A stretch of DNA of 64,000 nt from a virus. The notes under the pieces were generated by a model, which was not told where the DNA came from, did no database searches, and saw only the letters and a program-made list of their open reading frames with translations. This document shows, in pieces, positions 39,701-48,556 of this stretch. Location of the stretch: the IMG/VR virus record IMGVR_UViG_3300020442_002322, positions 1 to 64,000 of that record, one strand, 5' to 3'. The number at the start of each line of letters is the position of its first letter. Positions within the stretch are counted from its first letter, which is position 1. The position numbers were made by a program, and so were the translations under genes.

Positions 39701-42700
39701 TTCGCCAATTGCAATCATTTCGCCATCTTTTGCAATGCTAACACTGTCACCAAAACCTGTATAACTTCCTGTTGATAGATCTAGATACGGTGCTTCTAAA
39801 GTTTGTGAAAGAATATATTGTCCTTGTGGTAATCTTCTATAAATGTTTACAACTCTTTCGCCAGTACTATCATTACCTTGAATACGTGTGCTTACAATCA
39901 TCACACTACCATCTGGTGTTTGATCAAAACTACGTGCAAACTCTCTAATGCCAAACTGCGGATCAAAGAAATTTTCACCGTTCAATTGCTGTACTCCTAA
40001 ATTTGGAATTTTACCTGTGTGTGCAATACCAACATCTACTGTATCCCAGTCAGTAGTAACAAAGGCACTACCGCTTGCAATATTTCTATTAGCTTGATAT
40101 AAATCACCATTGTAATCTACAATCTCGTCTTTAATATAGAAAGTAGATGTGTCAAACTCTCCTCTATAATTTGGATTGATATCTAATTCCCATTCGTATG
40201 TGTTGGCTCCTTCTTTACCGTGCCTAATAAAATGTATGCTTCCAGGCAATGCTCCACTGCCGTCACCTTTAGAACCAACTGATAGAGTATATTTTAATCC
40301 ATCTTTTGCAAATTGAATTTCGTCCCCTAGCTTCGCATAATCTGCTCTATCAGGAACAGTGTATGCATTTGAAAAAGCAAACTGTCCTGTTGTGCCTTTT
40401 TCATATACAGAAAATAATCCTTCGTACGTAAGTCCACTTCTTGATGCCGCTTGACTATCTGTTAATGGAAGATTCTTCACAATTTCCCAATCTCTATTAT
40501 TTGACGCAGGTATATTTGGTTCTCTTGCAATACCTTGCAAAGTAGTTTTATTGTAGAACCAATATTCAAAATTAGTAAGTTCAGTTGTTGGAGCAGTTGG
40601 GAAGTCTGATGTTTCTTGTAGGACAATAATTTTACCAATGTTTCCGTATCTAGGAAGTGAAGTTGCTTTAATTTCTCCCATAGGACGATCGGTACCTCTG
40701 CGTCTTACAATTCTGTTCATATCACCAAAATCGTCACCTAAACACCACTGTCCTGAAACATTTTTTACATAGACCCTAACATCGTTAAACTGTCTTCTAT
40801 AGAATACTATTTCAGCAGTGCCGCCTAAAACTTCATCTACTATTATATCACCAACAACGGGTTCGAAAGGAAGTTGTGTAACAGTTTCAAATTCTGTAAA
40901 TTCAAAATCAATATATCCATCCCATAAATCATATACAGTGTGTTCTTTGTTTATCAATGCACTACTAAAAGTTGTATCAGTAAAATCGGTTTGACCACTG
41001 AAGTCATCTACAATCATTCTAAATGTATCACCTACTGATAGTGTGCTTGTAAATGAAGCAGGACCTCTGACTGTCCATAGATCGGAAGATTGTAAAGCAA
41101 ACACATTTAACGGATCGCCTTCATAAGTTAGTGTTTCCATAAATGCCGCTTGATCATTTTTATTAATGACTCTACTTTGTTGTGTAGCGAGAGTTCTGCC
41201 TGCTTCTTTGGCATCAATTATGTTGTGATAAAAATTAGGTGTAGTTCTGCCACTGCTTGTTGTAAGCAAATCTTGATAGACTAAACTGTGCCCTGGATCA
41301 ATAAAAACATTAGTGCTATCTGCACTAGTTTGATATGATGGAGAATTAATCATCCAATAACCACCTAGTGTTCCTGTAGCATCTTGATAGTCTTCTGTAT
41401 AGTCACCAATTCGTAAAGAACCAACAAATAAAGAACCTGATTGTTGGAAGGTTCCATTAACATCACTTACATAAACCACTAAGTCGTTCAAGTTGTTAGA
41501 AACATAAACAATAGTACCACTTGCAACTGCACTGCTTATAGTTTCACCTACAGCAGGTACATTTACAAAATTTTCTACAAACAAAACATTGTCAACTTTG
41601 TTTTCAATATTATGAGTGCCAGTGATAAAGTTATTGTCTATACCATTAAACTCGCCATCAAAAGGTTGTACATCTACAGTATCACCTTGAATGTTAATGT
41701 AACTATGATTATTCCATTTTAAAACAATGTCATCGCCTGCTGTGCTTCCTTCGTATGCCGCTAAAGGTGCTCTTACAAGTACATGATCAACAATTCTGTT
41801 ATTTAATTTATAGTCAGCTGTTTGCAATAGGTTTAATAGACTACTATCTGTTTCTTTAATAATTTGCAAGTAACTGTTAAAACTTTCAAAATTTACTGCA
41901 TTTACACTTGGATCAATATTTTGCACTGCTCTAAATAACACAGGTCCATATTGAACTATGTCAGCTTTACTGTAAGGTGTTCCTTGATTAAATTTACCTT
42001 TGTAAAAACTTACTGTATTAGAGGCTTGTGGACTACCGACTACAATATATTTTCCGTCTGGACTTACAGCAACACTTTCGCCAAAGTTTTGACTGCTACC
42101 GGAGCTACCGTCATAGGCATCGCAAAATCCTGTCTCAGCTACAATTTCCTGATCCAGTACAAAGTTTGTGCTGTCACTTGGACGCTTGTAAATATGCACT
42201 TCACCGTTTCCTTTGAAAGGTAATCCTACTGCCATTACTGTATTGTTTTGATTAACACTTATACTATGGCCAAAACCGTGATATGTGCTATCTAAATCTG
42301 CTGTGCTTCTAATAACTTGGTGTTCATTATAAATTTTATTATTTTTATATACTGCCCATTTACCAGTATCGTCATTATCAACCCAAATTATTTCGTTGTC
42401 TTTAATATTTGCTGTAACATTATTGTTTGCTTCTTTTAAGTCAGCTACTCTGTTGCTTGTAAAAATACTGATACTGCCTGTTGGATTGGTCTCATCATAG
42501 TTGTTCCAATCTGATGTTGACGCAGTAAATTCTACTGCATTTAAATATACATTTGTTGCTTTGTAAAATCCATCTAGTGTTTTGAATTTTTCGGTATTCA
42601 TATTATTGATACCAAATATATCGTCTTTTGCAAATTCTGTAATTGTTTTGTTCATGGTCAATGTTACAGTATCGCCACGCTTTTCAAATCCTTGTATAGT

Positions 42701-45700
42701 AAGCCTAGTGTTTTCATGCTGTAGTACGTCCCAAGACTGTTTATCTGTTGCTACCCAAATATAACTAGATTCATTAATTTCATTTATATCAAATTCTAAT
42801 ATCCCATCTTTATTTGCAACAGCTCGATTAACATCGTCTCCTGTAACGTACCCTACTGTCTTAACAAATTCTTCGTCTGTATATTTTGTTGGAATACGTG
42901 TTTTTGCATAATCGTCTGGTGCTAAAAATAGTTCATGGTCTGCAATTCTGTAAATTAGATCTGTAGGATCAACAGGTTTTGTTTGAACTAATTCAACCGG
43001 CTGTGGTTCTAATTTAAACTGTGATTCGTCAAGTTGCCATTCTATTTCATCAAAATTATCAGTAGCACCATATTGTGAATTTTTAATTGCCCATTCTTCA
43101 TAGAAGTCAACACTTTCTTTATTAGCACTAGCTAGACTGTCAAATAATTTATCAATAGCATTTCTAGTGCCTTTGTCTTGAATAAAACCTTGATAAAATT
43201 TATACTGACTAACATCATCTTGGATAATGTTATCTAAGTATTGTCTTTTCTGATATCCAATAAGGTGTTGTGCTAACTTTTGCTGACCAGCGTCAAAGTT
43301 ATCACTTTCAAGATCATAAAAGTCAGTAAACTGATTAATTCTATAATCAAAGTTTGTTTTTAATTTTGGTTGTGGTCTTTGATCTAGCTTTTTCCATTCA
43401 ACAGCATTAAAAGACTGTTGACCAATAATTTTTACATTTGCACTGTAATAAAATTCTTTATATTTTACAATAGTTCCAATGTCGTAATCTTTATATTGTT
43501 CCCAATCTACAACTTCACCTTTATCAAAAATAAATCCTTTGATATTTAAACTACCATCCCAGTCGTCACTGATATATCCTAAAGCACGAATTCTATTTTG
43601 CTTGTACCCTGTAACAGGTTCATAAATGATATCACCAAAAATACTTGTATTATCAAAAAGTACAACGTGTTCATTTTGCACTGTTGGCAAGTCAACCATG
43701 TAAACACCGTTAGCACTTTCAGCAATATCCATTGTGAATTCATTACCATCTCTATTAATTCTAGTAAATGTATAACTTAGTGGATTGCCAGAACTATCCT
43801 TAATGCTGTAGCCATAAAATGGATCTAGCAAATCATCTACAACATGATAATCTTTACGAAATTTTAACCTATTAGCGTTAGGACTTAATGCAATAACTGT
43901 GCCGGCCGCCCAATTTTGTGTAGTCCAAAACATAAATTCTTTAGCACTTGCACGCCAATCTTCTACTTTTTGTGTATCGTTATTGTAATAATCAAAAGTA
44001 AATCCTGCAGATTCTAAATAAGAGTTATATCCTAAAATAAACGATACAACTTCATCTACTGTTTCATATACAGTTCCGTAAGGAACTTCAGTAATTTTTG
44101 TTGAAAAGTTTTTAGGAAACTTTGCAGTCACTCCGCCTCTGACAGGAAGTGCATCAAGCTCTACAAATTTAGTTGCATCAAATGTTTGTGTGCTTACATG
44201 GGCTTCTGTAACTCTATAAAATTTAACTCCATATCTTACAAACTTGTCGTCTGTGTATCTTCTACCTTCTTCCCATTCAACAAAAGGTTCTGATATGCCT
44301 CCAATGTTAACATTTGGATCACTTTGTCTTGTTACTGCTTCATTAATTTTAAATATAGGATTATCTAAGTTATATCCTCTTACAACATATCCGTAGGATT
44401 GTTTTTCAACAATAACACCACTATATGTAACAATATCTGTAGCTGTGCTTTTGTTTAAAAATACTTGATAATTTTCTTTAGGTAAAAATACGTTTCCTTT
44501 ATTTAGAGGCGTTCTACTGTCTAAAATAAATCTAAGTTTATCATTATCTGTATATGCACCTAATTTTAATCCTAACTGAATAAAAATAGATTGCAAATTA
44601 CTTCTATAATCATTAACTGTTTTTGCTCCATTTTCTAAAACATAACCTACTACATAATTTACTAAGCCGCTTGTAAATATTCTTGTAGTATCATCAATTA
44701 TGTTTGTAAACTGTAAATTTTTTGCACTTATTGGTTTTATTTTATCATAAACAATTTGACCGCTTAAATTTTTGCTGATTCTTGATAGGTCCCAACCAAT
44801 ACCAAAAACTTTCGCAGGTTGATTCAATAGCCATGCTTTAATTATACTAAAAGGATAGTCACTGCTTTTACGCCATGCATACTCTGCAGGACTACTGTCT
44901 CCAAATACAAATCCTAATTTTGTAAACTGTAAAACATGACCACTAGCATAATTACTTGCCAGCGGACTTATTAAATTACCTTCATCATCTACAGGAATAT
45001 GTTTTGTTAATCCAGGGCGAACAAACCTTTTATCGTAAATAATTGCTTTATTAGGTTCTGCAATTTTTCCTTGCTCTAAATCTTCCCAAAGAATAAGATT
45101 ATTATTTGTGTAAGGTGCAGGTCCGTATACATCGTCCCACCATTTTGGCTTGACTGAAAATCCTAACATCTCCCACGGATGTGTATGCGGACGATCTGTA
45201 TCGTATGCTTCTTGATAAACTTCTCTCCAAAAACCTGCAAGTGTTTCACCGTTAGGTCCTGACATGCGTGAATAGTTAAATGTGAAGCTGTTTGTTTCAT
45301 TCCAATTACTATTTGTTGTATAATCTACTGTGCCTAAGCTCTCACTCCATCTTACAAAGTCTCTGATTAAAACATTATCAATTTGCTTTTTTGTAAACTT
45401 TGTATTTCTATATTTGCTAGGAATAAAGTCTTTTACATTTAATTCTTCGTGTGTAGACACTTTTATATTATTATAGATTCTTTTTTCTAATTCTAAAATT
45501 AGATCATCTCTATAGTCATTGTACGCAACAGTCTTACTTCCATCGTGTCCTATAATAACACCTGTATCTACTAGGTAAGTATTATCAACTATTTTTTCAG
45601 GTGTATATTTAGGATACAATCCTAACTTTGTAGGTGTAGGTGGAATATAGTTTGCATCTGTCGATTCATATTCATATATTTCAATTTTGTCGCCCTCAGC

Positions 45701-48556
45701 TTTGGTTGCTGTAATTACAGCAAAACCATCACTATTAAAAGTATAATCTCTACCATAACATAATTGCACTCCATTCTGATAAATTAATACTGCTTTTTGA
45801 CTTAACTTTGTAATATCAAAAACTTCTGAAAGACTGAAAAAATTATTTTCTATGTCATATACTATAAACTCTAATCTCTTGTTACCTTGATAAGGTACCA
45901 TATCACTAAAATAAAACGGACTTGTACTAGGTTTATCTTTAAATATTTCTTGTAAAATTTTATCAACATGTGCTTTACTAGTTCCATCAAAACCAAGTGT
46001 TTCAGACACCCTAATAAACTCAGATTTAAAACTTCTGTATTCATTTTGTGCAAACTCTAGTGCTTTGACTATGTTTGCATCTCTATCCGCAATATGATAA
46101 AGTGGTAAACTTATAGGTCCTGCGTGTTGTACAAAGTTCTTGCCTTTTCCTGTAACATTTCCTAGATTATCTAAATTACTCGGCCCAGGAAATGTGCCAT
46201 TAAATTCTTTTAAATCTTCTATCATACTAAACACATGATCTGTAATATTACCTAGTGTAAAAGAAGATAGATCTTCGTTGTTACTATTTCTTTCTAAGTT
46301 TATAGGAAAGTCATAAGCACCATTTGCATTTTTTTCTGTTGCACTTTTTGTTTTGATAGTAACGACATCACCACTGTCTAAATTAGAATCAAATTTAACA
46401 TATGCAATACCGTCTTGTCTTATTATACTGTAATCAAATCTATGGATGCTGTTTACAAATACTGCTTCATCTAAATCATTTAAATCTCCGCTTTTGTCAT
46501 ATACGTCAATAGCAAAAGTAGTAGCAGGTGTATCTACATCATATTGTCTCACAACCTTCTGCGTGGTTAGTGTGTCGGCTTTCTGCCAGCCGTTTTTATA
46601 ATCAAAATCAGTTCTTGTTTTATACTTTCTTAAAAATCCTGTTCTTGTTTCTACATTGTTTACTTCTGTAAGAACTTGGTACGTAAAAGTATCACTTGTA
46701 AGATTAAAATCAAATTCGATATCACCTACGTTTTCAATAGCACGATATGAAATAGGAAATCCTAATTCTACATCATTTGTTCCTGTGCCCTGTCTATAAG
46801 AAAATAGTTTTGTGCCTTTGAATGACGAAGCAGTGTACATACTTTCATCTGCAAACCAGTTTCCATCTCGGTCATACATATCAAACAATGGTTGTTGATT
46901 GGTCTGTGATTTAATTTGACCTAACTTCCATTTATTTTGTGTGTAATAATAATTTTTGCCAGCATTTTCTGTACCTCTTTTAATAAGAACTACATCATTT
47001 TCTTGCGGTTGTACTGTGTCCTCTACTAGAGCAATTTGCGGTACATCACTGTTGTGTTCTATAAACTTTACAGTATAAATTTTACCATTCGCTCTGATAT
47101 CAGTATCACCAGTAAACAATATTTTCATACCGTCTGTTATTGTTACTCCGTCAATTACATAACCATTAGCACCTTCTATGTCTGAAAAGATATCTGTTGT
47201 AAGTGTATCAACAAGATCAATATCTGTTGTATTTGCAAAGGTACCAAAATTCCATAATTTTATTCCTGCATCAAACTCAATAATAGGACGCTTCGCACGT
47301 TGATCTTGATCAATATCTACAAAACGCTTGTTAATTTCTGCTGTCTTTTCGATTACGTTTTTGTGAAACCATTTATTATTTCTTGCCCAAGGATTTCTAT
47401 CTGGTGAACATCTGTTCATTACAATGTAATCTTTTACAGCAGGATAACTAGCGGCATTACCAAAAGGCAATGCGTCAAAACTATTGTTATCAAACTGAAC
47501 AGGAACATCATCAGAATATGCATTGTTTATAGTCAGATCGGAATATTTTACAAGTTCAATTTTATCCCCAACACCTTCTACATACCAATAGTCTTCAGCA
47601 TATTTTGCAGGTGTAACTTCTCCAACAAATTGAAGTTTCATTCCATTCTGTAACTCGTATCCGCCAGCAGTAAGATATTTTTCTTTACCAATAATTTCTG
47701 CTTCAACATCTATTTCTGTTGCTTCATTGACATCACTTATTCTAATAATACCACCGTTTTCAACATTGTTGCTATCGACATAATATAATCTGTTTGGTGC
47801 ATCTAAAGGAATTGTAAATGTAAATGTGCCTTCTTCATTAATTTCATTTGCACTTAAATTTTCATCTTCGTATAATGTGTCTGCATCAACTGATCTAGAC
47901 GTTCTTATGCTAAATTTTATATCCGGTGTGCTTACATTAAAAGTATATGTTTGACCTTTGAATAGTTCGATTGTCCTGTTTTTTTCTAAGTTGCCGTTAA
48001 AAACAAATGCAGGGCTTTCGCCATCGGAAACACTTACAACATTCCATGTGCTTGTTATATTTCTACTGTTACCAAATACACTAATAGGTTCTGGTCCTGT
48101 TGGTAGCCAATAGTATTCTCTAAAGTTTACTAGTTTGTCCCAATCAATATTAGGGTTCCATGCATGGTATTCTGCACTATTTAATCTGTCATGGTTAGTA
48201 ACATCTCCTCCAAAGTTCTTAATTTGATTAATATAATCATTATAGTCTTTAAAGAATGTTATGTTATCTAAAGTGTCTTTTGTTACTACAGATGGTTCAA
48301 ATTGATAATCTTGTCTTTCTTTTGATACAGCACCTATATAGTTGTCTGATGTTCTATAAGACTTTGTAAATTTACTACCATAATACCCATTAATCTTTTC
48401 AACAACTCCAGGTTGTAGTACTTGATCAAGTGTTGCATCTAAAAATTTTGTATTTTTAGGAGTTCTGAAATATTTAGGAAGCAAGTCTTTAGACTTGCGA
48501 TTTCTCTTTCCGCCTGCAGGTAATGCACTTTCGTTTTGATCGTTATCGAATGCCAT
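33740..48556 (-). CDS. Giant (4938 aa) virion structural protein, probably baseplate-associated, with FG-GAP-like and CBM5/12-like repeats
   Basis: Uninterrupted 14.8-kb ORF downstream of the gp6-like wedge. FG-GAP-like blades (GFGHSISV..AVGLP, NFGESVAVSPDG..VVGSP, GFGDSVSIAKDG..AIGEP), W/Y-rich modules, GxGY and GDGSTTxF repeats. Confidence 0.75.
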   Translation of the reverse strand: MAFDNDQNESALPAGGKRNRKSKDLLPKYFRTPKNTKFLDATLDQVLQPGVVEKINGYYGSKFTKSYRTSDNYIGAVSKERQDYQFEPSVVTKDTLDNITFFKDYNDYINQIKNFGGDVTNHDRLNSAEYHAWNPNIDWDKLVNFREYYWLPTGPEPISVFGNSRNITSTWNVVSVSDGESPAFVFNGNLEKNRTIELFKGQTYTFNVSTPDIKFSIRTSRSVDADTLYEDENLSANEINEEGTFTFTIPLDAPNRLYYVDSNNVENGGIIRISDVNEATEIDVEAEIIGKEKYLTAGGYELQNGMKLQFVGEVTPAKYAEDYWYVEGVGDKIELVKYSDLTINNAYSDDVPVQFDNNSFDALPFGNAASYPAVKDYIVMNRCSPDRNPWARNNKWFHKNVIEKTAEINKRFVDIDQDQRAKRPIIEFDAGIKLWNFGTFANTTDIDLVDTLTTDIFSDIEGANGYVIDGVTITDGMKILFTGDTDIRANGKIYTVKFIEHNSDVPQIALVEDTVQPQENDVVLIKRGTENAGKNYYYTQNKWKLGQIKSQTNQQPLFDMYDRDGNWFADESMYTASSFKGTKLFSYRQGTGTNDVELGFPISYRAIENVGDIEFDFNLTSDTFTYQVLTEVNNVETRTGFLRKYKTRTDFDYKNGWQKADTLTTQKVVRQYDVDTPATTFAIDVYDKSGDLNDLDEAVFVNSIHRFDYSIIRQDGIAYVKFDSNLDSGDVVTIKTKSATEKNANGAYDFPINLERNSNNEDLSSFTLGNITDHVFSMIEDLKEFNGTFPGPSNLDNLGNVTGKGKNFVQHAGPISLPLYHIADRDANIVKALEFAQNEYRSFKSEFIRVSETLGFDGTSKAHVDKILQEIFKDKPSTSPFYFSDMVPYQGNKRLEFIVYDIENNFFSLSEVFDITKLSQKAVLIYQNGVQLCYGRDYTFNSDGFAVITATKAEGDKIEIYEYESTDANYIPPTPTKLGLYPKYTPEKIVDNTYLVDTGVIIGHDGSKTVAYNDYRDDLILELEKRIYNNIKVSTHEELNVKDFIPSKYRNTKFTKKQIDNVLIRDFVRWSESLGTVDYTTNSNWNETNSFTFNYSRMSGPNGETLAGFWREVYQEAYDTDRPHTHPWEMLGFSVKPKWWDDVYGPAPYTNNNLILWEDLEQGKIAEPNKAIIYDKRFVRPGLTKHIPVDDEGNLISPLASNYASGHVLQFTKLGFVFGDSSPAEYAWRKSSDYPFSIIKAWLLNQPAKVFGIGWDLSRISKNLSGQIVYDKIKPISAKNLQFTNIIDDTTRIFTSGLVNYVVGYVLENGAKTVNDYRSNLQSIFIQLGLKLGAYTDNDKLRFILDSRTPLNKGNVFLPKENYQVFLNKSTATDIVTYSGVIVEKQSYGYVVRGYNLDNPIFKINEAVTRQSDPNVNIGGISEPFVEWEEGRRYTDDKFVRYGVKFYRVTEAHVSTQTFDATKFVELDALPVRGGVTAKFPKNFSTKITEVPYGTVYETVDEVVSFILGYNSYLESAGFTFDYYNNDTQKVEDWRASAKEFMFWTTQNWAAGTVIALSPNANRLKFRKDYHVVDDLLDPFYGYSIKDSSGNPLSYTFTRINRDGNEFTMDIAESANGVYMVDLPTVQNEHVVLFDNTSIFGDIIYEPVTGYKQNRIRALGYISDDWDGSLNIKGFIFDKGEVVDWEQYKDYDIGTIVKYKEFYYSANVKIIGQQSFNAVEWKKLDQRPQPKLKTNFDYRINQFTDFYDLESDNFDAGQQKLAQHLIGYQKRQYLDNIIQDDVSQYKFYQGFIQDKGTRNAIDKLFDSLASANKESVDFYEEWAIKNSQYGATDNFDEIEWQLDESQFKLEPQPVELVQTKPVDPTDLIYRIADHELFLAPDDYAKTRIPTKYTDEEFVKTVGYVTGDDVNRAVANKDGILEFDINEINESSYIWVATDKQSWDVLQHENTRLTIQGFEKRGDTVTLTMNKTITEFAKDDIFGINNMNTEKFKTLDGFYKATNVYLNAVEFTASTSDWNNYDETNPTGSISIFTSNRVADLKEANNNVTANIKDNEIIWVDNDDTGKWAVYKNNKIYNEHQVIRSTADLDSTYHGFGHSISVNQNNTVMAVGLPFKGNGEVHIYKRPSDSTNFVLDQEIVAETGFCDAYDGSSGSSQNFGESVAVSPDGKYIVVGSPQASNTVSFYKGKFNQGTPYSKADIVQYGPVLFRAVQNIDPSVNAVNFESFNSYLQIIKETDSSLLNLLQTADYKLNNRIVDHVLVRAPLAAYEGSTAGDDIVLKWNNHSYINIQGDTVDVQPFDGEFNGIDNNFITGTHNIENKVDNVLFVENFVNVPAVGETISSAVASGTIVYVSNNLNDLVVYVSDVNGTFQQSGSLFVGSLRIGDYTEDYQDATGTLGGYWMINSPSYQTSADSTNVFIDPGHSLVYQDLLTTSSGRTTPNFYHNIIDAKEAGRTLATQQSRVINKNDQAAFMETLTYEGDPLNVFALQSSDLWTVRGPASFTSTLSVGDTFRMIVDDFSGQTDFTDTTFSSALINKEHTVYDLWDGYIDFEFTEFETVTQLPFEPVVGDIIVDEVLGGTAEIVFYRRQFNDVRVYVKNVSGQWCLGDDFGDMNRIVRRRGTDRPMGEIKATSLPRYGNIGKIIVLQETSDFPTAPTTELTNFEYWFYNKTTLQGIAREPNIPASNNRDWEIVKNLPLTDSQAASRSGLTYEGLFSVYEKGTTGQFAFSNAYTVPDRADYAKLGDEIQFAKDGLKYTLSVGSKGDGSGALPGSIHFIRHGKEGANTYEWELDINPNYRGEFDTSTFYIKDEIVDYNGDLYQANRNIASGSAFVTTDWDTVDVGIAHTGKIPNLGVQQLNGENFFDPQFGIREFARSFDQTPDGSVMIVSTRIQGNDSTGERVVNIYRRLPQGQYILSQTLEAPYLDLSTGSYTGFGDSVSIAKDGEMIAIGEPYNDALKENQGRVYIYTLQSGQFVQSQILNSPSGEQNENFGNAINFDGNQLAVNSLQGDINIATTFDASSTVFDNEFTRFKTIQKDSGAVYMYERINDTLVYAQEFIYEDDDSMFFGKNLLVRENHVYTAMPRRTDGVTFIGQIVDFRKTVGAKAWKQHRTPIDQVDIDNIKNVFLYNTKTNVIVEDLDFIDPVQGKIAGTAEQELSFKTYYDPATYSIGDSNVVVDEENAWGDAYVGKLWWDVGSAKFYNYQMNDITYQTNYWGEVFPSTRVQVYEWVQSDLLPSEWNELADTNEGISRGISGVTRYDDSVYSQRLVWDPIAKTSKAKYFYWVANKKTVPAVDFRKISANEVTNLIQNPAGQGYKFVALMGKNRYTLFNCASVMDDRNIALNLRYYTLDNKTQNIHNEYSLLTQGLGSSKPTRDIERKWFDSLIGYDTKRRTVPDPALSAKAKYGIQNSPRQSMFINRTEALKQAIERVNTVVKDNIIVDEFDISKLSLNDPKPLITGREYDVNIDTYQDLQYVGTAKRETAELTPTIADGKIQSVAITKAGRGYEDPSYVVGTTTRNRLGPKVTVNGIGRDAIIETTIDEVGKITSVNIVDPGEGYDNNTTLTVRNFTVLIDSDSNVAGKWSTYNFNGTKFNRTISQRYNVSQYWKYIDWYATGYNQFTEIDNLIDFSYQLSGLENAIGSTVKINSVGTGGWLLLEKIDNQENEDYTVNYKVIGKQDATIQFLDTLYNTDLNKTGFDTNTFDTEFYDNQPVEETRIILEVIRDSLFVDDLETEYNELFLSSLRYAFSEQPNLDWAFKTSFINATHNVGELQQKITYKNDNIDSFQDYISEVKPFKTKIRQYVSAYEKTEATRSVVTDFDLPPRYNFNTKQIEPSKATIKNDTVISLRNSTSDYPDKWWRDNVGHEITSIEIGDKGEGYLLAPKITLEGGGGSGATAIAFLNGDKISYIEVTNPGKNYKTAPEVVINGSIKDGGKDAKATAVMGRGKARGVKVISKFDRVSGTPYILSVKKSETFVGTGAQQIFDLKWPLTINANKIQIIIDNVELLRSEYSYSNIVDTTKTYTREKGRILFTTPPKVGSAITVNYEISPALLNAQDRIESYYKPTDGMVGKDVTQLMDGIDFGGVEVKSFDFSATAGFEAKGYGIEPYDLYDNTYEDIVIYIDGSTTIMEWASEDALDSGVTYNIYKNNVRIDDPNFVDLSNPGANKNALMQSITGAGQTELDLDTLGISTVDGDTFIIRKTTSDGSFKPDTASYDTQLTGGQLNYSNAKGIDAAEIVVDGDNFITPVNTTGPEELVPGKIADTVDIKVYHRPDDGASNIQSNFYTTDGTTTTFNMGMKPMNNDGVFVKLGSNTVTNYTVDYRNESITFATAPASGQVLSIVVVGESATKILDINNFVADGSTNTFVTNVTWVDNATHFVNINGEPITSTLFKTDSTYGDDAGLIAIQFNHPPQNGELVDYGLFYSASQSYSATSTQTFTGDGSTTIFTLNSAITGGLPVQQNTIVTVDDVLQDTGYNIDFTMTSAREYAVDDWQFYAGEIQNAEVEVYLNNELIVKNVDYRWNGANGSVTLSPGVGNVGDNLEIFVINDGQYAFGYIGIADDSTRRFIQSRDKLYFDTAPALGATVKVTTLSNHDSQDISRTKYDMLTRKTLVPGTQSYADYYNLSNGILKLRNDAVDTEYVWVIINGDRLVPNVDYYLTEDKNYLRIVKPISANDKIEFIEFAGEKLTQKFGYRVFKDVLNRTHYKRIDDKSMYKLANDLNWYDTKIDLVSATGLAEPNKTSRIPGVVFINGERIEYLVKQGNSLRQLRRGTLGTGVNALLTAGTEVEDQSPQNTVPYKDEIYTTVYTPDGTTGVFELDFTPTSVNEFEVFMAGRRLRKNAISNYQVDKKDSAGTFVTRFIDQDSPEGDVTLDPEFTLSGSTLTLYRTPEEEEKIVVVRRLGQTWTTPGTSLADAKNDIADFLRENTTELPK

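Noticed and set aside
33740-48556. Intein, intron or diversity-generating retroelement in or near the giant gene and fibres
   Set aside because: No splice-junction or homing-endonuclease motif, reverse transcriptase or TR/VR repeat pair was noticed by eye. A self-alignment and HMM scan would be needed to exclude them fully.
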